DNA of 62,665 bases, counting the filler, from Chiloscyllium plagiosum (lineage: Eukaryota): NCBI RefSeq assembly GCF_004010195.1. It is 4 parts of one record of this genome, joined end to end, with 100 filler letters (N's around TTAATTAATTAA, not from the genome) between each part and the next. Parts side by side here need not be neighbours in the genome. Positions count along the whole stretch, not along the records: positions 17,586 to 45,215 come from NC_057717.1; 3 more parts are not named here. One strand, 5' to 3'. A program made the position numbers and the translations under genes. Below, in pieces: positions 26,401-40,629 of this stretch. Below the pieces are notes generated by a model that had not been told where the DNA came from, ran no database searches, and saw only the letters and a list, made by a program, of their open reading frames with translations. Within the stretch, counting starts at the first letter, position 1. The number at the start of each line of letters is the position of its first letter.

Positions 26401-28400
26401 TCCCTACAAAACTTCAAATATCAGGAATCATCTTGCACCCTGTAACTTCAAATACCAGGAGCCTCTTACTCCATAGAAACGTCAACTGTCGGGGCCCTCT
26501 TGCTCCCTATGACATAAAATACCGGGAGCCACTTGTTCCCTGTAAACATCAAATACCAGGAGCCTCTTGCTCCCACTAACTTTAAATACCAGGGACCACG
26601 CGCTACCCATAATCTTCAAATACCAGGAGCCTCTTGCTCCCTATAACTTCAAATACCGGATACTTCTTGCTCACTATAAGCTTCCAAAGCCAGGAGCCTC
26701 TTCCTCCCTTCAAAGTTAAGCAGCCTCAAGCTCCCTATAACTTCCAGTGCCAGGCGCCTCTTGCTCCATATAAATTTCAATTACTGGGAGTCTCTTCCTC
26801 CCTATATACTCAAATACCAGAAGGCTCTTGCTCCCGACAGCTTCATATACCAGGAGCCTCTTACTCCCTATTAAGTTCAAATACCAGGAGCCAATTGCTC
26901 CCTATAACATTCAAATACCGGGTACCTCTTGCTCCCTGTAAACTTCAATTACCAGGAGCCTCTTGCTCCCTATAACTTCAGGTACCGGGAGCCTATTCTT
27001 CCCAGTAAACTTCAAAGGCCGAGAGCCTCTTGCTCCCTACAAACTACAAAGATTAGGAGCCTCTTGCTCCCTATAACCTCCATTACCAGCCTCATCTTGC
27101 TCCCTGAAAACTTCAAATACCAGGAGCGTCTTGCTCCCAGTAAACTTCAAAGACCGATAGCCTCTTGCTCCCTACAAATTATAAAGATAAGGAGCCTCTT
27201 GCTCCCTTTAACTCCCATTACCAAGCGCCTCTTGCTCCCTGTAAACTTCAAATACCAGGAGCCTCTTGCTCCCTATAAACGTCAAATACTGGGAGCCACA
27301 TGCTCCCAACAAATACCCGGACACTCATCCTACCTATAACATCAAATACCACGCGATTCTTGCTCCTTGCAATCTTCAAACACCAGGAGCCTCTTGGTCC
27401 TTATTGACATCAACTACTGGGGGCCTCTTGCTCCATATAAACTTCAAATACCAGGAGACACTTGATCCCAATAAAGTTCAAATATCATGAGACTCTTGAT
27501 TCCTATACAATTCAAATACCGGCTAGCCTCTTGGTCCCTATTAGCTCAAATACCACAGGGCTCTTGCTCCCGATAATTTAAAATACTAGCAGCCACTTGC
27601 TCCCTATTAACATCAAATATCAGGACCCTCTTGATCCCTATAAACTTCAAATACTGGGAGCGGCTTGCTTTCTATGACAGGAGCCCCTCTCTCCCGATAA
27701 ATCACAAATACCGGGATCATCTGCCTACCTATAAACTTCAAATACCAGGAGGCTCTTGCATCCTATAACCACAAATATCGGGAGACACTTGTTCCCTATA
27801 AACATTAATTACCAGGAGCCTCTTGCTCCCTCGATCTTCAAATACCGTGGGGCTCTTGCTCAATCTAAATTCAAATACCGGGTGCCTCTTGCGCCCTATA
27901 AACTTGAAATACCAGGATCCTCCTGCTCCTTATAACCTCAAATACCAGGAGTCTCTTGCTCTCTATAGCTTCAAATGCCGGGGGTCTCTTGATCCCTACA
28001 AACTTCAAATACCAGGTGCCTCTTGATCCCAGTAAACGTCAAATACCGGGAGCCTGCTCATTTCAACTTGAAATACCAGGAGCCTCTTGCTACCGATACC
28101 TTCAAGTACTGGGGGCCTCCTGCCTATAAGCATCATATACCAAAATCCTTTTGCTACCTATAAACTTAAGTACCGAGAGACTCTAGCTCCCTAAAAACTT
28201 CAAATACCGGGAGCTTCTTGCTTCCTATAAACTACAAATACCAGGACCCTCTTGCACCCTATCAACGTCAAATACCAGGACCCTCTTTCTCCCTATAAAG
28301 TTAAATACCGGGAGCCTCTTGCTCCCTTTAAACTTCAAATACCAGGACTCTCATGCTAGCTATAACTTCAAATACCACGCGAATCTTGCTTCACGCAAAC
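23460..28400 (+). repeat. 34-35-bp tandem satellite, roughly 140 units; consensus AACTTCAAATACC(A/G)GGAGCCTCTTGCTCCCTATA(A)
   Basis: Directly visible periodicity with no unique spacers. Confidence 0.97.
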
Positions 28401-28900
28401 NNNNNNNNNNNNNNNNNNNNNNNNNNNNNNNNNNNNNNNNNNNNNNNNNNNNNNNNNNNNNNNNNNNNNNNNNNNNNNNNNNNNNNNNNNNNNNNNNNNN
28501 NNNNNNNNNNNNNNNNNNNNNNNNNNNNNNNNNNNNNNNNNNNNNNNNNNNNNNNNNNNNNNNNNNNNNNNNNNNNNNNNNNNNNNNNNNNNNNNNNNNN
28601 NNNNNNNNNNNNNNNNNNNNNNNNNNNNNNNNNNNNNNNNNNNNNNNNNNNNNNNNNNNNNNNNNNNNNNNNNNNNNNNNNNNNNNNNNNNNNNNNNNNN
28701 NNNNNNNNNNNNNNNNNNNNNNNNNNNNNNNNNNNNNNNNNNNNNNNNNNNNNNNNNNNNNNNNNNNNNNNNNNNNNNNNNNNNNNNNNNNNNNNNNNNN
28801 NNNNNNNNNNNNNNNNNNNNNNNNNNNNNNNNNNNNNNNNNNNNNNNNNNNNNNNNNNNNNNNNNNNNNNNNNNNNNNNNNNNNNNNNNNNNNNNNNNNN

Positions 28901-31900
28901 TATTAATAACTTTCGTAATAGCTAGCTTCCTCGATCTCGAACAATGGGTGTATTCTTGATATGTTTAGTATTTTATGATTACTTTTACAGACCATTTTGT
29001 AAATGAATTTTTCACTTGCGCCCAGCCCCTGACCATGTGCTGCTCTGAGAAAGTCTACGGCCTGAAAACTTGTCTTTAAACATTTAGACTAAAATGTAAT
29101 ACTGAATTATAGAACACATTTACTGCACTAGAAAATAGACAGACAAGCAGGAAGGCTCAGAAAAAGGGGGTAATCTCGAGGAATGCAGAAGATAGGGACA
29201 TCTGGGCTCAGCAAGTGATAACAGAATGCTGTAAGGCAATTAAGAACATTTACCTGTGCGAACAGGACACCAAGTGATAACACTCACAGGTACTATCGAA
29301 AGCTTTGTAATTAACGGTTGGATCTTGTTCACNNNNNNNNNNNNNNNNNNNNNNNNNNNNNNNNNNNNNNNNNNNNNNNNNNNNNNNNNNNNNNNNNNNN
29401 NNNNNNNNNNNNNNNNNNNGAGAGAGAGAGAGAGAGAGAGAGAGACCATTTTAGTGCTGAGGCTGTTGAATCCAGTAGAAAATTAACTCTTAGTGCTGAT
29501 CTGTTTTGGTTTGTATTCCATTGCATTTTGAGACTTTTTGATGATTTGAGTAGCCATTATGAAATGCAAACTCAGTAAAACGAAATACTGATAAAGATTT
29601 AACTTGCTTTAACTTACAGCGCTGTCAATTCTAACCAATTAGATCTTGTGTCTTGTTTGAATTTGAATCACAAACTTGAAAAGAAGGCATGTTTAATTCA
29701 AGACTAATTAATCGTTTTAAATATAACCTTGCAGTAACATTTTAGCATTAGGTACAGATGATTCTGTGTTTAAGATAAAAAAGCAGGAATCAGCTCCTAG
29801 CTTAAATTTATTCTAATACTAAAATTGAAGAGGTTCTGGCACAAACTGTCGGGGAGGCCATTTTATGGTCAAACGTTTGCCCTCCTTGCCACGAAGCCAT
29901 TTTGTAAAGCAATGACATCAGACATGCGAGCTGTGCAAGGTGCATCTCCCACTTAATTTAGACTGGTACTTCTTTATAGGAACTTATCTCGCCAGCAGAA
30001 GCCTAAATCGGCCGGAATTGCTTTTCCCACTTGATGGATAGCTCAACGCCTGTAGGAGTGATCAGTCAAGTGCACACAGACCTGTCAGCTAAGTTTTCTT
30101 CCCTATGAATTATTGTCTTTCTCTGTTATCTGTCAATTAAGAACATGCAATGACTTTGCAAATTTTTATACGAAGGAAACCACTTTGTATCAGTACATCG
30201 GATTAACCTGCTGGCATAATTGAAGACCTGTCACCCTACTCTCCTAGGTTATTAGAATTTAGATAGTTTAGCTTGTAGGTATCAGTGTTATGTTGTAACA
30301 GTGATGCTATTAGTGAATAAAGGGGATGACTAAAATTAAACTAAACTGTCTGTAAGTGGGTTTTATTCCAGACTTCAAAGAGTACGATCTCCAGGATGAA
30401 CCAAGAGAGAGGCTTTACCGGTTTGAGTGCACAAGGAATTCCCTGGGCCATCTCAACTCTGTACTTTACCAGCTCTATTATCAGATTAATATTTGCCAGA
30501 ATACCTTTGACAGTAAAGAATTCTTTTTTTGTCCAATAAGCAAGTATATTTTTCTTCCATTTCTGACTGTCAAATTCTGCAATATTTTCATTACCTGTAG
30601 TCCGTTTTGCACTCCCTGAAGCACCAACTGTGATTCTCCTTACATAGATACCAGTGATTAATGTCAAAGTCCTGTTGCTTGTGGAGAGGGTGATGTTTGA
30701 CTTTCTTGTACTGCTGCAGTATGTGTGGTGAACGTGCTCGCACAATGCAGTTCGGAAAGAGTCATTGCAGATCATTCACTTAACGACAGTGAAGATTTGA
30801 AGATAATGTCCCAATCAACAACAGTTTTTATTTTTATTAGCATGCATATAATTTCATAAAAAATATTATTAACAACTTGAGACATAAGGTCAGACATGGA
30901 GATATTAGGTCAGTTGGTCAAAAGCATTGCCAAATAAGCAGGTTTTCAGGAATACCTTAAAGGAGGAAAGCAGACTAGTGACGTTTTGGCTGTGAATTTC
31001 ATACCTTGTTGCTTTGACAGCTGGAGGCACAGCCACACAGGTGAAGTAATGAATTGACACATCGTTGGGGGTCTCGAACACATTGGGCTGTTGAGGTGTC
31101 AAATGGTGTGTGGTGCAGGGAGCTCGGGATGATCACTGCCAGGAAATAAATCAAGGGAGAGAGTTTTAAATTGTTGTCTCTTATAAATGGGAGATCTTTG
31201 ATGAATGAATATGTTTTGGTAGAACTGAATACTTTGGCGGCAGAGTTTTAGATTTTCTTGAGATTACAGTGAGGTTGAATGTGGGAGGCTGGCCAGGAGT
31301 GTGTTTGCATAAGTAAGTCTGAAGATAACATGAGCATGGATGAGAGTTCCATTATATTAGCTGAGACAAGGGTGGAAGCAGCGAGAAATAGTGGTTTTGG
31401 AGTGGAACTGGCCTGTCACCCTCACCTCACCTCTGGGATTCAGCTGGTTGTCAGGTTGTGAGTCAAGGTGGGAACGCAATCGGGAGCTGACTGGGCTTGG
31501 TGGAACCTAAAATGAGTGTCTCTCAGCTGTTTGTTGCAGACCAGCTGCTGCTTGATAGCCCTTTTCACGACACCTTCCATCACTTTACTGCTGATTGAGT
31601 GTGGAGTTGAAGGAGTTAAATTGTCTGGGTCGGATTGCCCTGTGTTTTGGTGTTGAACATCCCTGGGCAATGTTCCACATTGCTCGTAGATGCCAGTACT
31701 GGAGCACTACTAGGCTTGGTGGGTGACAAGTTCTGGAATACAGGCCATTGGTATTATTTCCTGAATGATATAGGGCCCATAGCCTTTGCACTGTTTAACC
31801 ATTTCTTGATGTTATTCGAACTGAATCGAACTGGCTTAAAACTCACATCTGCAATGTGAGGAACCACTGGAAAAGGCTGAGATGATCATCCCTTCTGGCT

Positions 31901-34900
31901 GCAGATTGCTGCAAATGCTGTTGTCTTTTCTGGTGCATGGATGTGTGAGGCCCCTCCATCAGTAAGGGTGGGGATATCTGTGATGCTTCCTCCAGTGAGT
32001 TGTTTAATTGTCCATCACCATTCACGACTGCGTGTGGCAAAACTACAGAGCACAGATGTGATCCACTGGTTGTAGAAACATTTAGCTCTATTACATGCTG
32101 GTCATGCAGTTTGATAATCAAGTAGTCCTGTTTGGTAGCTTCACTAGGTTATTTCTCATTTTTAGATATGCCTGTTTCTGCTCATGGCATGTCCTGCTTT
32201 CCTGTCCATTGTGATAAGTGAATGCGAGATGTACAAACCCATGAGATTACAGATTGTGCTGAAGTACAATTCTACTGCTGTTGATGTCCCACACTGCCTC
32301 ATAGATACCCAGCTTGGGTTCCTACATCTGTTCGAAGTCTATCCCATTTAACACAGTGATAGGGTATTCAACGCAAAGGAGGTTTTTCTCAACTTTAAGG
32401 TGAGACTTTGACAGCAAAAGTCAAAGTGTGAAGATCGCTCTTACTGATATTGTCATGGACAGATGTATCTGAAGCTGGTCAATTCATAACAATGAGCTCA
32501 AGTACGTTTTTCCCTCTTGTTAATTCCCTCACCACTCGCTGCAGACTCAGTTGAGCAACTATACCTTTAGGACCTGACCAGCTCAATGAGCTAGTCTCGA
32601 TGGTGGACAATGAAATCCTGTGCCCAGAGTACATTTGACACCATTTTACTTTCTCAGTGCTTCCCCCAAACGTTCTTCAACAAGAAGGAGAACTGATTCA
32701 TCAGCCGAGAGAGAACGGTACGTGGTAATTAGCAGGAGCCATGAGACTTCCTGGTGTCCGGACTTAATGCTGAGTACTCCCAGGACTTCAGTTGTACGTT
32801 TTAATATTCTGGATTAAAAGTTAAAAACATCAGGTTTGTTTGTTCATTTTAAATATCTCTAACCCAGGTTTTATTTCTTTGTGAAACACTGTCCATCATC
32901 CTGTCTCCTCCATCCTCCCCTCCAACAACAAGAGCTTGGAGCACATGGAGTTTCTCTGTCACTAACATTGAGATAATCCGATCAGCTGCCTCTGCTGATT
33001 CCCTCCCTCCCATTAGCCCACCGAGCCAAACTGCCTCACGTGGTGCTCCTGGTTTTAGTCTTAAAATTACGTCTTTCTCCATTCTCTTGTCATGTCTTCT
33101 CAGAGCTCATCTTGACCCTTCAGACATTTCAACTGTCTGTTTCCTCCTCCTCCTCCTCATTACACCCCCTTGCCGATTCACAGATATTGTTCCTTGTGCT
33201 GTCTGTCTGTCTTTCCTGGTTATGTCCTTCTCACCCATTCTGTGAAAAACTAATATTTGACCTCATTGTCGTTGGAAAACCCTGCTCAATCTCCACTCTC
33301 CCTTTCCTTTCTGAATTCCCTGTATTTGGTGTCCTGCCAGGATCTATCCTTGGTTCCTCCTGTTTCCTACCGACATACTGCCAGGAGAGGAGCTCAATCT
33401 CCTCAATGACGGGGAGGCTCTTGCTCTCTGTAACTTCAATTACCGGGAGCTTTTGGCACCCTATAAACTTCAAATACCGGGAGCCTCTTGCTTTCAATCA
33501 ACCTAAAAGAGCAGGAGCCTCTTGGTTCCTATAAACTCCAAATACCAGCATCCTTTGGATGCCAATGAACTTCAAATACCGGGAGCCTCTTGGTCCCGAT
33601 AACCTTCATATATCAGGCGCCTCTTGCTCACTATAAACTTCAAATACCAGGAGCCTCTTGCTCTCTGTAACTTCAAATGCCAGGTGCCTCTTGCTCCCTG
33701 TCAACTTCAAATGCCGGGACCCACTTGCTCCCTATAAAATTCAAATACCAGCATCCCCTTAATTTCTATTAACTTCAAATACCAGGAGCCTCTTAATCCC
33801 TATAAAAGTCAAATACCAGCATCCTCTTGCTCCCAGTAAACTTCAAATACCGGGAACCTCTTACTCCTTATAAAATTCAAATACCAGGAGACTATTGGTT
33901 TCTAAAAGCTTCAAAGGGCAGGAGCCTCTTTGTCACTATAAACTACAAATACGGGAGCCTCTTGCTCCATATGAACGGCAAATACCGGGAGCCTTTGCTC
34001 CCTGTAATCTTCAAATACAAGAAGACTCTTGCTCCCTACAACTTGAAATTCCGGGAGCCTCTTGCTCCCTGTAAATTTCAAACTCCAGGATCCACTTGCA
34101 ATTTCTCACTTCGAATGACACGTGCCTCGTGTTCCTTGTAAACTTCAAATACCAGGAGCTGTTTTCTCCCGAATGCTTCAAATACCGGGGGCCTATTGCT
34201 CCCTATATCTTCAAATACCAGCGCCTCTTGTTGCCTTTAAACGTCAAATGCAAGGAGCGTCATGCTCCCTACAAACTTTAAATACGGGAGCCTCTTGCTT
34301 TCTAAACTCTTCAAATAGTAGGAGCCACTTGTACCCTATGAACTTCAATACGAGGAGCCTCTTGCTCCGTATAAACTGCTCATACCAGGAGCCTCTTTCT
34401 CACTATTACTTCAAATACCGGGTGCCTTTTGCCTCTAAAACCTTCAAATACCAGAAGCCATTTGCTCCCTATAAACTTCAAATACAATGACCATTTGCTC
34501 CCTGTAAACTCCAAATAACAGGATCCTCTTGCTCCCGAAAACTTCAAATACCAGGGGCCTCTTGCTCCCTATAAACTTCAAATACCAGGGGCCTCTTGCT
34601 CCCTATAAACTTAAAATACCAGAAGCCTCTTCCTCCCTGTAACTTCAAATACCGTGGGCCTCTGCTGCCAATAAACTTCATATACAAGAACCCTCTTGCT
34701 ACCTATAAACTTGAAATACCGAGAGACCCTTGCTTCCTATCAACTTCAAATACCCGGAGCCTCTTGCTCCATATAAACCTTAAATATCCGGAACCTCTTG
34801 CTCCCTATAAAATTCAAATACCGGAGTTTCTTGCTTCCTGTAAACTGCAAATACTAGGAGCCTCTTGATCCCTATATAATTCAAATACCGGGAGCTTCTT

Positions 34901-37900
34901 GCTTCCTGTAAACGTCAAATACCGGGAGCCTCTTGCTTCCTATAAACTACAAACACCAGGAGGCTCCCAATCCACTTGAAATACCGGGAGCCTCTTGCTT
35001 CTTGTGAACTTCAACTACCGGAAGCCTCTTGCTTTCTATAAACTACAAATACCAAAAGCATCTTGCACCCTATAACGTTAAATACCGGGAGCCTCTTGCT
35101 TCCTATAAACTACAAACACCAGGAGGCTCTTGCTCCCAATACACTTGAAATACCGGGAGCCTCTTGCTTCTTGTAAACTTCAAATACCAGAAACCTCTTG
35201 CTCTCTGGAAACGTCACCTACTGGGAGTCTCTTGTTCCCTAGAAACTTCAAATACCAGGAGCCCCTTGATCCCAATAAACTTCAAATACCGGAATCCTCT
35301 TGCTCCCTATAAAATTCAAATACCGGCTAGCCTTTTGCTCCCTATAAACTCAAGTACCAGAAGTCTGTTGCTACCGATAACTTCAAATTCCGGGAACCTC
35401 TTGCTCCCGAAAACTTGAAATTCCGGGAGTCTGTTGCTCCCTATAAACTTCAAATACACGGAGCCTCTTGCTCCCCGTAAACTTCAAATATCCGGAGCCT
35501 CTTGCTTCCTATAAACTTCAAATACCGGAGTTTCTTGCTTCCTGTAAACTGCAAATTCTAGGAGCCTCTTGCTCCCTATATAATTCAAATACCGGGAGCT
35601 TCTTGCTTCCTATAAACTACAAACACCAGGAGGCTCTTACTCCCTTTAAACTTCAAATACCAGGACCCTCATTCTTACTTTTACTTCAAAGACCACGTGT
35701 ATCTTGCTTCACGCAAACTTCAATTACTAGAAGCCTCTTGCTCTCTGTTATCTTCAAATATCGGGGACCTCTTGCTCCCTATAAACTTCAAATACCAGGG
35801 CCGTTAGGTCCCAATAAACTTCAAATACCGGAAGCCTCTTGCTCCCAATAAAATTCAAATACCGGCTAGCCTCTTGCTCCCTATTAACTCAAGTACCAGA
35901 AGGCTCTTGTTCCCGGTAACTTCAAATACCAGGAGCCTCTTGCTCCCTATAACTTCAAATATCATAAACCTCTTGCTCCCTACAAACTTCAAAGCTAAGC
36001 AGCCTCTTGTTCCTTATAAATTCCAATGCCAGGCGCCTCTTGATCCATAAAAATTTAATTACCGGGAGCCTCTTCCTCCATATCAACTCAAATACCAGAA
36101 GACTTTTGCTCCCGATAACTTCAAATACCAGCAGCCACTTGCTCCCTATTAACTTCAAATACCGGGAACCGTTGCTGTCGACGAAATTCAAATACCGAGA
36201 GCATCTTGCACCCTATAAAATTCAAATATCTGGAGCCGCTTATTCTCTATAAACTTCAAATACCAGGACCTTCTTGATCCCTACAAACTTCAAATATCAG
36301 GGGCCTCTTGCTCCATGGAAACTTCAATTGCCGGGGTCCTCTTGCTCCCTATGATCTCAAATACCGGGATCCACTTGTTCCCTGTAAACATCAAATACCA
36401 GGAGTCTCTTGCTCCCTACAAAACTTCAACTGCCGGGGCCCTCTTGCACTCTGTAACTTCAAATACCAGGAACCTCTTGCACCCTGTAACTTCAAATACC
36501 AGGAGCCTCTTACTCCATAGAAACTTCAACTGCCGGGGTCCTCTTGCTCCCTATGACATACAATACCGGGAGCCACTTGTTCCCTGTAAACATCAAATAC
36601 CAGGAGCCTCTTGCTCCCTCTAACTTCAAATACCAGGGACCGTGCGCTACCCATAATCTTCAAATACCAGGAATCTCTTGCTCCCTATAACTTCAAATAC
36701 CGGGTATTTCTTGCTCACTATAAGCTTCCAAAGCCAGGAGCCTCTTCCTCCCTACAAACTTCAAAGTTAAGCAGCCTCTTGCTCCCTATAACTTCCAGTG
36801 CCAGGCGTCTCTTGCTCCATATAAATTTCAATTACTGGGAGTCACTTCTTCCCTATATACTCAAATACCAGAAGGCTCTTGCTCCCGACAGCTTCATATA
36901 CCAGGAGCCTCTTACTCCCTATTAACTTCAAATACCAGGAGCCAATTGCTCCCTATAACATTCAAATACCGGGTGCCTCTTGCTCCCTGTAAACTTCAAT
37001 TACCAGGGCCCTCTTGCTCCCTATAACTTCAGGTACCGGGAGCCTATTCTTCCCAGTAAACTTCAAAGACCGAGAGCCTCTTGCTCCCTACAAACTACAA
37101 AGATAAGGAGCCTCTTGCTCCCTATAACTTCCATTACCAGCCTCCTCTTGCTCCCTGAAAACTTCAAATACCAGGAGCCTGTTACTCCATTTTAACTTCA
37201 AATACCAGGAGCTTCTTGCTCCCTATCACCTTCAAATACCAGGAGCTTCTTGCTCCCAGTAAACTTCAAAGACCAATAGCCTCTTGCTCTCTACAAATTA
37301 TAAAGATACGGAGCCTCTTGCTCCCTATAACTCCCATTACCAAGCGCCTCTTGCTCCCTGTAAACTTCAAATACCAGGAGCCTCTTGCTCCCTATAAACG
37401 TCAAAACTGGGACCCACATGCTCCCAACAAATACCCGGGCACTCATGCTATCTATAATATCAAATACTACGCGATTCTTGCTCCTTGCAATCTTCAAACA
37501 CCAGGAGCCTCTTGCTCCTTATTGACATCAACTACTGGGGGCCTCTTGCTCCCTATAAACTTCAAATACCAGGAGACACTTGATCCCAATAAAGTTCAAA
37601 TATCATGAGACTCTTGATTCCTATACAATTCAAATACCGGCTATCCTCTTGATCCCTATTAGCTCAAATACCAGAGGGCTCTTGCTCCCGATAACTTCAA
37701 ATACCAGCAACCACTTGCTCCCTATTAACATCAAATACCAGGACCCTCTTGATCCCTATAAACTTCAAATACTGGCAGCGTCTTGCTTTCTATAAACTGC
37801 AAATGACAGGAGCCTCTCTCTCCTCATAAACTACAAATACCGGGATCATCTGCCTACCAATAAACTTCAAATACCAGGAGCCTCTTGCATCCTATAACTA

Positions 37901-38853
37901 CAAATATCGGGAGACACTTGTTCCCTATAAACATTAATTACCAGGAGCCTCTTGCTCCCTATATCTTTAAATACCGTGGGACTCTTGCTCAATCTAAATT
38001 CAAATACCGGGTGCCTCTTGCGCCCTCAAAGTTCAAATACCTGGAGCCTCTTGCTCCCTATAAACTTGAAATACCAGGATCATCCTGCTCCTTATAACCT
38101 CAAATACCAGGTGCCTCTTGCTCTCTATAACTTCAAATGCCGGGCGTCTCTTGATCCCTACAAACTTCAATATCAAATACTACGCGATTCTTGCTCCTTG
38201 CAATCTTCAAACACCAGGAGCCTCTTGCTCCTTATTGACATCAACTACTGGGGGCCTCTTGCTCCCTATAAACTTCAAATACCAGGAGACACTTGATCCC
38301 AATAAAGTTCAAATATCATGAGACTCTTGATTCCTATACAATTCAAATACCGGCTATCCTTGATAGCCTCTTGATCCCTATAAAAGTCAAATACCAGCAG
38401 CCTCTTGTTCCCAGTAAATGTCAAATACCAGTAGCCTCTTACTCCCTATAAACGTCAAATACCAGAAGTCTGCTGCTCATTTCAACTTGAAATACCAGGA
38501 GCCTCTTGCTACCTATACCTTCAAGTACTGGGGGCCTCCTGCCTATAAGCATTATATATCAAAATCCTATTGCTACCTATAAACTTAAGTACCGAGAGAC
38601 TCTAGCTCCCTAAAAACTTCAAATACCGGGCGCTTCTTGCTTCCTATAAACTACAAATACCAGGAGCCTCTTGCACCCTATCAACGTCAAATACCAGGAC
38701 CCTCTTGCTCCCTATAACATTAAATACCGGGAGCCGCTTGCTCGATTTAACCTTTAAATACCAGGAGCCTCTTGCTCCCTTTAAACTTCAAATACCAGGA
38801 CTCTTATGCTAACTATAACTTCAAATGCCACGCGAATCTTGCTTCACGCAAAC
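28901..38853. repeat. Duplicated block B, copy 2
   Basis: Collinear with 18985-28400. Confidence 0.95.
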
Positions 38854-39060
38854 TTCAAATACCAGATGCGTCTTGCACCCTGTAAACTTCAACTACTGGG
38901 GGGCTCTTGCTCCCTAGAAACTTCAAATACCAGGAACCCATTGGTCCCAATAAACTTCAAATACCGTAATCTCTTGCTCCTTATAAAATTCCAAGGTCAG
39001 CTAAGCACTTGCTCCCTATAAATTCAAATACCAGAAGGCTCTTGCTCCCGATAACTTCAA
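33410..39060 (+). repeat. 34-35-bp tandem satellite, second array, roughly 160 units
   Basis: Same consensus as 23460-28400. Confidence 0.97.
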
Positions 39061-40600
39061 ACACACCATATCACTGTCAGGGGAACGCTCTGGGGTACAC
39101 TAGGCGACACGATGTCACTGTCAGGAGGACACTCCGGGCTTCACCAGCCCACACCATGTCACTGTCAGGGGGAAACTCCGGGATACATCAGCCCACACCA
39201 TGTCACTGTCAGTGGGACACTCCAGGCTACATCAGCCCACACCATGTCACTGTCAGTGGCGCACACGTGGCTACAGCAGCTCACACTATGGGACTGCCAG
39301 TTGGACATCCGGGGCTACACCAGCCCACACAATGTCACTTTCAGGGGAGACTCTGGGGTACACCAGACCACACCATGTCACTGTTAGGGAGCACTCCGGG
39401 CTACACCAGCCTCCACAATGTGACTGTCTTTGGGTCACTCGGGGTTACAGCAGCCCATACAATGTGACTGTCCGTGGGATACACTTGGTCAACGCCAGTC
39501 CCCACCATGTCACTGACTTCGGATACTCCGGGCTACACCAGCTCGCACCATGTCACTGTAAGGGGGACGCTCCGGATTACGCCAGTCCCCACCATGTCAA
39601 CGTCAGGGGGACACTCCGGGCTGCACCAGCCCACACCAAGTCACTGTACGGGATACACTCCGGGATACACCAGCCCACACCAAGTAACTGTACGGGATAC
39701 ACTCCGGGATAAACCACACCACACAATATCACTCTCAGGGGGACACTCCCGGCTACTCCAGATTGCACTATGTTACTGTCAGGGGGACTCTCCCGGCTAC
39801 ACCATCCCACACCATGTCACTCTCAGGGGGACAAACGGGTTACATCAGCCCACACCATGTCACTTTCAGGGAGACAGTCCGTGCTACACCAGCCCACATC
39901 ATGTCACTGTCAGGGGGAACTCTCCGGGCTACACCAGCCCAATCCATGTCACTCTCAGGGGCCACTCTGGCCTACACCAGCCCATACCATATCATCCTCA
40001 AGGGGACACTCTGGCCTACACCAGCCCACACCATGTCACGGTCAGTGCGATACTCTGGGCTACACCAGCCCACACGATGTCACTTTTAAGGCCACTCTCT
40101 GGGTTACACCAGCCCACACCATGTCGCTGTCTGGGGGACACTCCGGGCTACACCATCCCATTCCATGTCACTTTCATGGGGACACTCTGGTCTCCACCAG
40201 TCCACACCATGTCACTATCAGGGGGGCACTCCCGGCTATACCAGCCCACACCATGGCATTCTCAGGCGGACACTCCGGGCTACACCAGCACACAGCATGT
40301 CACTGTCAGTGGGACATTCCGGGCTATACCAGCCCACACCATGTCACTGTCAGGGGGACACTCCGGGCTACACTAGCCCACAGCATGTCACTGTCAGGGG
40401 GACACACCGGGCTACACCAGCCCACAGCATGTCACTGTCAGTGGGACACTCCAGGCTATACCAGCCCACCCCATGTCACTCTCGAGGGGCACTATGTTGC
40501 TGTTAGATGGGATCTCCAGCCCAAACCATCCCACACCACCTCAATATCCGGCGAACACTCCTGACTATACCAACACACACCATATTGCTCTCAGGATATC
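39061..40600 (+). repeat. 44-bp tandem satellite, roughly 32 clear units plus degenerate ones; consensus CACACCATGTCACTGTCAGGGGGACACTCCGGGCTACACCAGCC
   Basis: Visible 44-bp periodicity at 39061-40480, decaying to ~40600. Confidence 0.95.
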
Positions 40601-40629
40601 TCTCAGTGGTACTGCATCTTACATGATCT

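Larger units (their letters stand above)
18985..28400. repeat. Duplicated block B, copy 1 (~9.4 kb)
   Basis: Collinear with 28901-38853, including LINE remnants and satellite unit variants. Confidence 0.95.

Noticed and set aside
23460..40480. Satellites as CRISPR arrays (35-bp palindromic repeat)
   Set aside because: Units are head-to-tail with no unique spacers, there are no cas genes, and the context is a vertebrate genome
23500..40564. Repetitive ORFs (NFKYQEPLAPY; TPAHTMSLSG) as repeat proteins
   Set aside because: Unit lengths of 34, 35 and 44 bp are not multiples of 3, so the same peptides cycle through all frames, with frequent stops
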